DNA from: Nemertoderma westbladi
Taxonomy: Eukaryota > Animalia > Xenacoelomorpha
Direction of reading: 5' to 3'
DNA length: 35,981 nt
Assembly (NCBI GenBank): GCA_032718475.1
Contig: JAUCBJ010002745.1
Location: forward strand, 1-35,981
Positions 11,325 through 22,640 of this stretch are shown piece after piece (position 1 is the stretch's first letter; the number at the start of each line of letters is the position of its first letter). Position numbers and translations under genes: made by a program. The notes below the pieces were generated by a model, which was not told the origin of the DNA, did no database searches, and was given only the letters and a program-made list of their open reading frames with translations.

Positions 11325-14300
11325 ATGGCTGACACAAAGCAAACTCTGTCAGATAGTCTCCTAGAAAAAACAGTCTGCGACTCCGACAGGAGTGCCGAAC
11401 ATTTGAGACCAAAGTCCAAGTCCCCTCCTACTGTAAGAAAGGTCATCCCTCCAGTAGTAGTATCAGACCCTAGGCTAGTAAAGCACCGTAGGTCTATCAT
11501 AGGCACTCGGGCTCAAGTCAAGCGGGACCAAGAGGCAGCTGTTAAACAGCAGCAACACCCGAACCGAGAACTTATTTCTCAGCGGACCGATAGCTCCAGT
11601 AGTTCAGATACTGTAGAGTTGACACCCGAGCGCGGAGCAAAGATGGCAGAAGCAGTTTATTCGGATCCACTTCTCATTCTTCCTGAAGCCATACTCACTA
11701 GGGTATTGATTGCGGTGGAGGAACATCAAATCGATTGGGCGAGAAGTAAGCGATCGACCAAGGACAGTTACGCGGGATATACAATGGAGGAACTGAAGTC
11801 TATTGTCGAGACGCAATGGAACTTCCCCGGACCCGGACTCCCGTTTAACTTATCAGAAGCTGCCTGGGAGGACTTATACAGGATGGGAGTAGTAAAGGAC
11901 ACTAGAGATCCAGCTGTGTGGAAGAGGTCGGCAGCAGGATATGTACAGGGGTTCTTCAGCTCTTTGGAGCGATTAGAGGAACAACTGTTTCAACAACCCC
12001 AAGGACCTCAAGAGCAGGGAGAGCTGCTTTATCAAGTTCGAGAACGTATCCTAAGAATCAGACTAATCCTATCGGCCTTTGAGGAAGCTTCGAAAAGAAG
12101 CCAAGACACGTCGTTGCAAGTTGCCGTAAAGACTTGGTTCCAGCGGGTGGGTCTCAAAGTTCAAGGAACGGCCCAGTGGAAAATTCAGCTGGCTGAGCGC
12201 TCAACCCACAGAGAATCAACAGATGCTACCTTTTCTCAAGTGGAAAGCAAAGCGACATCAGAGAAACATCAGAAGAAGGACGCCATTGACATCTATCTGT
12301 CGGACTATCAACGATTTATAGGTGACAAAGACTGGCTGGACTTCGCCCTACTAGTGAAGGAGCCAAGTTTGTGTTGGATGCATTAGATGCGGAAATGTTA
12401 GCTGCGAACCAAGCTAAATTTGATGAAAGCATCCGCATCGCTAGGGTCCAAGAAGAACAGGTAAAGAAAAAACGTATAGAAGACCGAAAGGCGGCAGCAG
12501 TGGCAGCTGCAGAAGTTGAAAGAAAAGCGGCAGCGGCAGAAGCAGAAGCGGAAAGAAAAGCGGCAGCGGCATTGGCAGAGGCAGAAAGAAAAGCAGCAGA
12601 GGCAGTGGTGGAAGTAGAACTGAGAGCATCTGAGGAGACAGCCCAACTAGAGTTGGAGGATCTTCAAGAGAAGCAAGACTACTTTAATAAACAGAGAACA
12701 GCTAGTCATATGCAGATGATAAGTCGATCTACTCCCAAGAGACAGGGATTTACATCATCTGATGAAGGCGATACAACAGATCCTGAAGGCGGAGGAAATA
12801 GATCTCGTTCCAGCAGACGTAGAAGAACGCCTCACCATCAGAAATTGCCTAATTTGCCCCCAGCTGTGAGAAGGCAACTAGCTAGTGCAGACTTAGGTAG
12901 TACAGAACCCACAGACCAAATTATTAGAGTAGAAAGACTCCCTACTATAGTAGATGAGCCTGAAATAATTAGGCCTGTTCTCGAAGCCACCCCTTCTGTG
13001 ATAGAGACCCCTGTACTTCCAGAACCTAACTCTAAATTCCCTTTGCACAGTACTAAACTACCTGTACCCAGTAGGACTGTTCCAGAGTCAATTCCAGTCC
13101 TGGACGCCGAGCGAGACATTAACGATTTATTGCCCGTCGACCCTCGTCTACCCGCTACTATGTTGGCGGCTCCCACTTCGGCGGTAGAATGGGTGGATGA
13201 GGGATGGCGGGAGATGGGTCTCCTGCTCGGGCAGCTGAGGGAACACCGTTTGTGTTCCTCTCAGCAGGTCCGGGAGATGGAAGGGACTGTTCAACAGTTA
13301 AAGGGAACAGTCAGAGAGGGTAGGTTAGAGTTGCAAGAAGTGCTGTAGAGTATCGCGTTAGAACGCGATAAATTGGTAAATATACAAAGAGGTATACCAC
13401 CACCCCCTGTAACAATGTGTCAACCTGTTAGGTCTGAAGTATTTCATGCGCAAGGTGTGGAGCCTACATGCATCTATACTGCTAGTGAAGTAGAAACTCC
13501 TATAGTAAACCCTATTAAGGGTAACGATAAACCTGTTGATAATGATATTCCCTATAGACCTGATCCTAATCCGAGAAATTTATATACCGATAACTCGATA
13601 TTAAATAATACGATGGCCCAAGAAAGTTTTACGCATCAAATGGCTAGAACCGAAGCCCGACAAGTGGTAAAGGTGGGAGAGATCGTCAAGTTCAACGGAG
13701 ATGAGATGAAATGGTTGCCTTTTAATGAATATTATAAAGATAACATACAGAACTCTGTGCTATCTAACGGAGAGAAACTTAGATTCCTCATCGAGTGCTT
13801 GGAAGGATCTCCCAAGTTAATGGTGTTAAAGTTTATTGGACATCCAGATGGATTAAGACAAGTTTGGGATACACTAAACATCAGGAATGGTAATAGGAAT
13901 AACATAGCTAGGTATTTGTATGCGAAATTAGTAGTGCCCCGAAAGTTTCTTAGCAGCGTGATTATAGAGTTTTCCGATGAGATTCAGGAGATCTGTAGAC
14001 AACTAGATTGGTTAGGTAAGTCTCATGAATACCAGAATTCTATGGTTGTAGGAACCTTAGCATCAGCTTTCCCAAAGGGTGAAGTAGGTACTCGCTGGGA
14101 TAAAAAGGTTCTCTATTTGATGGACCAACAACATAGAGATCCAACCATGACGGACCTTCTGTCATTCTTAAACCGAGAGGTAAGATTACAACTTCTAAAA
14201 CAGTCTAGAGAGAAGACTCCTGAAAGTGAGGTAAGTGAAAAATCCATTTCTAGGAGAAAGGTAACACCAGTGTATTATACAGATGACGGCAAAAGCCAAA

Positions 14301-16249
14301 CCTCCCATGAGGAGAACAGCGGGAAAGACACCGAAAGATCTTATTATGTCAACAAAACTCGGAAAGACGTAAGTAAATCTAAGTCTCGAACCAGTGACAG
14401 AAGAGAACAGGTAACAACTCCTCCCACGTCTCCTAAGAGAATTCATGGAAGAAAGCCCGAGGAAAGAACAAGTGTGCACCACACAGCACAGGTTAAAGTA
14501 AGTAACATCAAGCCCAAATGTGTATTGTGTGACGGGCCCCATCGCTTGAGTGGGTGTGATGAATTCTTAAAGAAATCCCTAAAGGATAGACGTGATGTCA
14601 TGTGGGATAAGCGGTTGTGTTATAATTGTCTCAGACGAGGACACCAACGACGGACCTGTTACTCAGATGCTAGGTGTGCTAAGTGCGGCGCGAAACATCA
14701 TATCTTGCTGCACACAGAATTTGAAAGAACCCGCATGAGTCAGGTAAGTGAGCCCGAACTACATGTCCAATTCAGTGATGTGAACGACACTGGCCACAGC
14801 TCTGAGATGGAAGGATTCTACACAGACGAATTCTCCGACGAAAATGAATCCTGTTATATGACAAACACCGCGGTGTATCGAGCGCTTACGTATGAGACTG
14901 AAACCGATAGCGAGCTCTCCCTAACTATTCCGGACCGACAACCATCTTGGAAAGCGCCAACTTCCAACGTAGGAATCCGGGAATTTCCCTTAGTGCAGTT
15001 GAGAGTCCACGGGTTAAAAAAGAGCTATATAGTGAACGCCCTCCTTGACTCCGGCAGCACAGGAACATTCATCGACAAAGAACTAGCCGAAGACATCTTT
15101 TGCTTATTCCGAACTAAGTTGAACCTTTCAGGAATTATGCAGGTTTGGAAATCTACAGTAGCTACAGACTACTATGTAGGCGCGTTGTCCACCACCCAGG
15201 ATGAACTAGGAGAACACAGTATAAGGTCAGTAAAAATGGTGGCGATAAAGAACTTCGCTACCAGCCAAGTGGAACCTTATAACTGGGATGAAGACGATTT
15301 CACCCAGCAGCATGAGATACCTAGATTCAACACCGACTACCCAGGGGTACATATACTCATGAATGCGCATAAGGCGCTTGAGACATTAGAGAAACGGCCT
15401 GCTCGACTGCAACCATTGCAAACCTATGCGGGAAGAACAAGAGTAGGTTGGTACTTCACTGGACCTTCCCGTAAGACACTCATGGAAAGGCTACCCAAAG
15501 ATCAGGTCCATCAGGCGAGTGAATGGGAAGAAGACATCAGTGAGGGAGAGACAACCACAACTGAGGGAACACCATACTCCTCAGATAATGACGATGTTAA
15601 CTCTAATGTAGATCAATGGAGACATTGCCTTGGGAAGATTAATCCAGCCGACATCGCTTCCAGAGGAGCAACTCCTCAAGAACTGATAGATACTCCAGAC
15701 TGGTTAGGTGGACCCGACTTCCTAAGTAAAGAAGAGGATGAATGGCCTCCTCATCTCACCACGGCTGAGATTAGACAAGCCAAGGGAGCGGAGAAAGTCA
15801 AACCTAAAACCCGGACGATTAAATCAAAGTTATTTAAACCCGCGATTGATCTGTCTGTACTACACATTTCCAGGGACGACGCTGTAGATCTAAACTCCCC
15901 CGCCACAAATAAATCTGTTGTGGAAATCAGAGAAAAAGACTGGAAATCTGGAACACCAGACGTCTCGCAGGGATTCTCACCTCTCCTGCAGAGAGCGATA
16001 AATCACTATAGCTCCTGGAATCGGCTTTGTAAGGCCGTCGTGTATTTGAAGCGATGTTTCTATCGTCACTATTCCAGGACGAAGAGGAAACCTGGAATTG
16101 TATTCGAAACACAACAACTCAATCGCCCAGTTGGTCGTTTATGTTTACTGGAAAGAGACCGAGAACTGTCCGGAAACTATGGAAGGCAAGATACTCTTCC
16201 CACGACCACCTCCCTAATCCAACAAACATCTAGGGACTCCCCAACGTAA
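11325..16249 (+). pseudogene. gag-pro: BEL/Pao Gag-protease polyprotein (~1640 codons) with one frameshift (12326-12386), one in-frame TAG (13346-13348) and only vestiges of RNase H and integrase
   Basis: DUF1759-like Gag (IVKFNGDEMKWLPF...LSNGEKLRFLIECLEG); knuckles CVLCDGPHRLSGC, CYNCLRRGHQRRTC, CAKCGAKHHILLH; protease ALLDSGS (~15040); then QWRHCLGKINPADIASRG...WLGGPDFL...WP, YSSW and RPVGRLCLL. ORFs 12371 and 13373 share a frame. Confidence 0.9.
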
Positions 16250-16462
16250 CAGCGTATGGAGTGGGTGTGTGACTATATTATTTTATATTTGTTTTTATTA
16301 TTTTATATTTATGTATGTATTATTATGTAATTTTATTATAATCGTTTTCTTTAATTTTATTTAGTAGAATGTTATTTTAGCGATTATTTAGTAGATTAGT
16401 GCAATATATATTAGTGTTTATTACTTACTTACTTATATTATATTATATATTTAGTGCAACGG

Positions 16463-16866
16463 CGAGAAATAATTATTTTTCTCTTTCCTTACTGTTCGTA
16501 TCATATTATAAATACGTGATTACAGTAAGATGAAATGTCCGTACTTATTAAAGTACAATAAAGCTCCTACTATACTCAAGTATTATTGGTAAGTAGAGTA
16601 TTAGGAATGCAAAGTTCAGATCCTCGTGTCTCGGCTAAACCAAGCTCTGGGTAGACCTTGGAAACGAGAAATAATTATTTTTCTCTTTCCTTACTGTTCG
16701 TATCATATTATAAATACGTGATTACAGTAAGATGAAATGTCCGTACTTATTAAAGTACAATAAAGCTCCTACTATACTCAAGTATTATTGGTAAGTAGAG
16801 TATTAGGAATGCAAAGTTCAGATCCTCGTGTCTCGGCTAAACCAAGCTCTGGGTAGACCTTGGAAA
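16463..16866. repeat. Apparently perfect 202-bp tandem duplication
   Basis: 16463-16664 is repeated at 16665-16866, with CGA microhomology at the junctions. Confidence 0.95.
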
Positions 16867-16978
16867 CGACTTGCCTCTTCTCACTGACATTGCTTATTGC
16901 AATATTGCTCTCATACCGTATATTAAATAATACATATAGTAGCGTGATGTCCCTTTAACAGTAGCGTACAACGCAAAT

Positions 16979-17365
16979 AAATCTGTTAAACCCTTTGACC
17001 ATCTGTAATTCTAGTCGATTAAGATATCGCGGCACCCACCGATATATTTGAAAGACAAAATTCTAGAATCAGTGGTTAACGTCCCCAGACATGTTCTGGA
17101 ATAAATCGGTGCCCATCTTAAATATTACATAGTTAATATTTATAAAAATATATTAAAACAAATATTGTTATAATAGAGTAAATACACACAAATAAACTCT
17201 AAGGAGTTTGTAAACCAAGAAAATTTATAAATTAAAATCTGTTAAAAATTAGATCCTTTAAAATTCTAGTCGATTAAGATATCTTAGCACTTACCGATAC
17301 TCTTAAAAGACAAATTTCCTAGAATCAAGGATCCCAGTCCCCAGACATGCTCTGGAATAAAATTG
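16979..17365 (+). repeat. Two diverged copies of a ~130-bp hairpin-rich motif (spacing ~255 bp)
   Basis: AAATCTGTTAAA...AATTCTAGTCGATTAAGATATC...CCGATA...AAAGACAAA..CTAGAATC...GTCCCCAGACATGYTCTGGAATAAA, at 16979 and 17235. Confidence 0.85.
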
Positions 17366-18181
17366 TGTCTATTCCATATTAAATAATAAAATTTACGGGA
17401 ATAAATTTAAATTCATATCCTTTCATGAATTTGATAAATTGTTATTTTATACAATTTATAATATTCCCAAAATTCCATTAATTAACAGATCATGGGAGCG
17501 GAGATTCACCCTATTAAGTGTATTAGTGTGCGAGAATCTCCAATATATAGTCAATAGCCAATAAAATTCATAAAATCATGTATAAAGGGGAATATTGACA
17601 ATTAAAGAATTACTATTAAATAGCATCCCAGATCTGTATGCATGAGAATTACCCTAATTCTACTGCTAGCTTTCCATAATGTCACCATGGCAACAACTAC
17701 GCTAGAATTAGAAGTGAGTTAAAATAACAATAAAAAGCTTGCCCCATTGAATAGCATAGGGAATAAATAGCGCACTGCTAGTATCCAAGGATACATAATA
17801 ATAAAGTGACATTCTGGAAGGCACTGACTAACGGACAAATGGCCCGAATGTGTACAATTTGTGACAGTTGTGTGGAATTTGTGCGTTTATAGGTGAATGT
17901 TACTACTAAAGTGTGTTTACAGTAGCGAGTCGCAGTTGTGAAAGTAGCCCTAACCCTGCAGTAAGAACCTGAAGTAAATCTAAGCCCTTGGGATGGACAG
18001 TGGAGTGACTCGCGCTGGTTGTTGTCGTCGTTGTGCAGCTACTACGTTGGCGATAGACACCGCGGCGACAGTACATCAGCGCTGAGGATCTTGCACTGTC
18101 TGGGGGCCGTGAGGGGTAGGCAGCGACGCCCGCTATCCTAATTATAATTAATTATGATATCAATAAACTCATATAGCAGCT

Positions 18182-19735
18182 ATGACAGAGTTGATAGAAG
18201 ATGATCTTGGTATCAGGGAGCAATATACCCTACCATTGCAAGCGTTTGTTGATAGTTTAATACGCGGCGACGCTAGTCCACCCACTACGGAGGACGATGG
18301 CCGTTATATCGAACCGCCAATGTCAAAGGAACAACTCACGCGTGAATTGGACTATAGAAAATTCACCACTCGCTATACGCATCGTAATGGTACGTATATA
18401 GACTTCTTTACTACTGGCCATCCTATCGATTTACACGATATGGACGATGTAGACACCGAAAGGGAAATGATCCTATTTAAATATCATACCCAGCGCAGTC
18501 AGAACGATAAACTGAGAATCGAACACGAAAATTCTATTCGAAACCAACTCGAAAGAGAAGACGTTAAAGAACTGGATAAACGCAGTGACTTCAACGTATA
18601 TTTGGAATTCTTGAGAGAGACATTGTAAAACTGGAGAAAGAAAACCCGCGTTTCCCCTACAAGACGTGCGTCTTTGGTATTATTACGATGAATGCCCTAG
18701 ACCCAACCAACACACGGAAAGACATAAACATCCGCGGAGACGTTGCGCTAAACACAGTTTTACTCGCTATATTTACGGGAGTTTCGAGCGAAACTTGTTC
18801 GACGTATCACATACGCTCGCTCGACTCAAACGATCCTTAAATAAACCAATGATCGGAGTTCCGGAATACTCGGTCAGACCTCCTCATTCCCTGGTAAAAC
18901 CTCAGACTCTTGATTCTAATAGTATGACGGATCCCCCTGAACTGTACTCATTGTTCAAAGATCTAGTGTTACCCGAACAATTAGTCGGTGGCACTCCGGT
19001 TGTGGGCTCCCTAGATATTCGCCCATCTTACCTAGCTGGATTGGGACGCGGACATTTAATATCACCGTTCAACCCGTATAATCGTCCCGGTTTAACTCCG
19101 ATACAACCTGTCACCGAGGTGGAGGAGAGAGTTGTACGCAATGCGTTAGACACTATTCGACAAAAGATCGGAAAAGGAACCTACGATTGTTTAGAGAAAC
19201 GTAAATTGCAGCAGCAAGTCCAAGCGGTAAACGAATTAGCTTTATCTCAGTTCTATCAGGAAATCCAGAGCCTCTAAGAAGATATCGAACTTGGACGACC
19301 CTACTCTCTGAAAGAGTTTTGGACGAATGCTTACAACGACAAGCGGAGGAAAATCAGCTCGAGGAGAAGCATATCGATTTCAACAGAGCCCGAGAACGCG
19401 AGTCGGAAAGAACCATCAATCCGAGGAAATTTCTCACTACACATGGTCCACCTACCGCTCTCGTGCAAACGACCCGTCAGGGACCAGTAAGAGCTGCTGT
19501 CTTAAAACGCGCTCTCAAGGTTGTTCGACCTCATTCCACTGAGGTTGATACCGATCAACCGGGTACTTCGACCGGCGGACACACCGACCGTACCCCTAAA
19601 CCTTCTGATGTAATTGTATTGCACCCTTCACCCAGGAGTTATAGCCCTCCTTGTAAAGTGGCTCGCCCCGAAGAGAAAAGGACTCTTGCTAGCCTCAAAA
19701 AACCACGTAAACGCCGTTCGCGTAAGAAAGACTAA
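18182..19735 (+). pseudogene. Extra ORF of the LTR element (~515 codons, unknown function) broken by two frameshifts and one stop
   Basis: Three abutting ORFs join through a shift in the (GA)n run at 18613-18620, a TAA at 19275-19277 and a 1-nt loss in the T run at ~19317-19320. Ends in basic KKPRKRRSRKKD. Confidence 0.7.
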
Positions 19736-19804
19736 ATGTTTAGAGTATTTTTATATTTAGAAACTGTGATTTTTTATATTTTATAGAATTAAATCCCATT
19801 TTCT

Positions 19805-19812
19805 GGGAGCGG
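19805..19812 (+). other. Polypurine tract
   Basis: GGGAGCGG directly abuts the TGT of the 3' LTR. Confidence 0.75.
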
Positions 19813-21000
19813 TGTAAAAGCTTTTGCGGATATAACCAGTCATTTTCTCCGCAATTAACTGTTTAGTTGTTTTAGCGGACATAACAAGCCATTTTCTCCG
19901 CAATGTACCCTGTAGGTGTTTTAGCGGACATAACAAGCCATTTTATGCCGCAATACGCCAAATACTCTAAATAGAGTGTAGTTTCAGATGACGAAATCTG
20001 TCAGCTGATTTGCTGCCAGCGTGGAGCTTTTCTTTGTTCTTTGTTCTGCTCGGCCAATCAGAACGATTTTCACTTTGTGTTGGACAGTGCCTACAGAAAC
20101 CCACGCAATTCAGTCAGTGTGTATCTTTTCTAAGCCCAGAACACCGGCTTAGGATTCTTCTGTACTTCGGTAGAAGTTTCAGACTTTGGCCAACATTAGA
20201 CGGCTTTGATTATAAGAACGTAAATCTATTATCTGATGAAACATCAAACTGCAGTCTGCACTGACTGAACAACTTTGATACTGCACCTACCAACTGCGGT
20301 ACCGGTATTACCGATACTGGCTGAATATCACCGCATTATTGTACTTCTGTTTACTGTCTATTATTAATGGTTATATGTTGATGGATATGTTGTTATATTT
20401 GGAGAATATCGATAAATAATCATAAAACCCCAATCTTCTTGATTACTTGGTTACCGGTAGCAACTGCGACTTACATTACATTGGTTTTAGTGTGCAGTAA
20501 ATGCTATTTCATAATCCCTACATGTGTCAGTGGCTATCCTCCTTATATATGATCAAATTCAGTGACGGTCGGCAGATCAGTGTGCAGCAGTGTGAAATCG
20601 TATGCAGCAGTGTGATAGATAATAAAGCATCTCCTAAAGAATGCGCTATTTACGAAAATCATTAGCCATCTCGTTGTGTTTAGTATAAGTCATAACTCTG
20701 TTTTATACTTAAAGCGCCACGTCCTAAAGGAACTGTTAATATTTCCCTGAAAGTGAATAATATTGTCAGAGATTATATAGTAACAATCAATCGAATAATA
20801 CAGTAGGTCTGCAACGCAATAAGGTCAAAGCATCCGAATCCAGTCTCCCTTAACTGTGGGTGAATGATCGCGCATAGACTGGCTTCGGCTAATGTTACTT
20901 TATGTGCATTAAATCATTGTTATAGGCTAAAGTCGATTTATAAACAAGAGGACACCTAAAATTGGCAGGTTAAACTGCTAAAGGTCTGAAAGCGCGAACA
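19813..21000 (+). repeat. 3' LTR (1188 bp)
   Basis: Direct repeat of 8236-9424, followed by TSD AACTT. Confidence 0.95.
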
Positions 21001-22362
21001 AACTTCCTAATAGGTGGAGCAGTTCCCACCGATAACTGCGCCAGTAACGTTTCGACTTCAGCTTGCTTGGCTTGTAGTGAACTCAGCAATGCCCATACTG
21101 ATGGTCTTTTCTGATCAACAAGACTTGCCACGAAACGATTGATTACTTCAGACCTGTTATTGGTACGGTCAGCATCACCAAGTGTGGCAGCGTGTACATT
21201 TCAAAGATCTTTCGAAAATAATGGTGGTGATGAACGTGTAACATTCAGCTTCGCTCCGTCCACTTTCACAACTCGTTTACCAGAAACATATGTTGATGCA
21301 AAGTATTCCAATACCAACTCGCCGTGTTCAGGTGTGTTGCTATACAGATATTGAAGTCCTAGTTCAATATCACCGAGTGGCAGGAAAGCCAGACCATCAA
21401 TCATACCGATAAACTTTCTAAATATTACACAGTCGTTTTAAAGTGTGGATAATCCCAGATCACGCACTTTCCTAATCGTTGCCTGTCGTAAATGAAAATA
21501 AATGTAAATGGGTTAACAATTCAATGTAAGTTACCTCTGTTTTTCTCTCAAGAAAAGAATAGACCAGAGGGACGGTGCGGTCTATGACATGACACGATAT
21601 GATATAGAGTTGATAAAAGAGCTGGGGTGCTCTGTGTTGCTCTGGGGTGCTCTAGGGTGTTCTGGGTGCTCTGAGATGCTCTGGGGTGCTCTTGGGTTCT
21701 CCGGGGAGCTCTGGAGTGCTCTGGGCTGCTCTTGGGTGCGATGGGGTGCTGACTTAAATGTTCCATCAACAGACCACTGTTTTGAATGACGAAGATAGCG
21801 CAACCCCTCATCGGTATAGAAAACAACAATACTTTGGTCCGCACCAGGTCCATATTGTCATACTGTCAAAACATGCCGGCCGGTACTGAGCAATAGGGAA
21901 TAGCAACTTCGGACTTGAAATCGAGATCCTGCAATGTCATAGATGGTATGTGTCTCTGGCCTTCCCTGTTGATTCCCCGCCAAGGATTGTTTCTCAACGA
22001 GGTATGTATGGGTATGTATGGACATGGTATGTATGGCTTGACCTCGGAATCAACTGCCTTCGGAGAATGTGAAATTATCTTCGTAGATTAAGAAAATGGA
22101 GAGGAGGTTTGGTTCATAACATCCTGTCTAAATTGCGCAACCGAAATATCTGTCTCATCAGTGTGGCATCCTTCGAGTGGCTATTTAATTCACTGGGGTC
22201 AGAATGATCAATTAAAGTTCTAGCAGATCCAAAACACTTTGGCCTATTCACACAGCGCCAAACGATCGAGGTTTCGGATTTAACCTTTATAGTATACAAC
22301 TTCTTGTTAAAATTAAGTTTGGCTTGTTTCCTCTTAGTAATGAGAGGTGATGATGATGACAT
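21001..22362 (-). pseudogene. FLYWCH + MULE DDE transposase, degenerate
   Basis: LYTIK...WRCVNRPKC...H (FLYWCH); WSVDGTFKSAP-QLFYQLYII...VPLVYSFL, YFHLRQA, GLAFLP, EYFASTYV, PPLF and RTNNRSE. Stops, shifts and an apparent deletion inside the DDE domain. Confidence 0.88.
21623..21750. repeat. 10-bp minisatellite (~12 units) inside the transposase
   Basis: (CTGGGGTGCT)n with variants. Confidence 0.9.
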
Positions 22363-22640
22363 ATTTAAAATAGTTGAAGAGCATAAAAATTGAAGTTAAA
22401 TAAAATAATTCAAAATAAAATATAAAATAATTGATTGAAAATTGCAACAATACAGTATCTTTCTATTGGAGGTTAATTAAAATAATCCATTAACTAAAAA
22501 AAGTGATAGCGATTCTACAAGTTGTGACTGTATGACCTCTTTATTATAAGGTCAATTAATATAATAATCAACATACAAGCCCATTTCTCCAACAGATATT
22601 GTACTATATTGCGCAGTATAATAGCGATTGGGGATCAAAC

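Larger units (their letters stand above)
8236..21000 (+). mobile_element. BEL/Pao LTR retrotransposon, non-autonomous, 12,765 bp
   Basis: Paired TGT...ACA LTRs, 5-bp TSD AACTT (8231-8235, 21001-21005), purine tract before the 3' LTR, and BEL-type Gag with three zinc knuckles plus protease. Confidence 0.95.
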
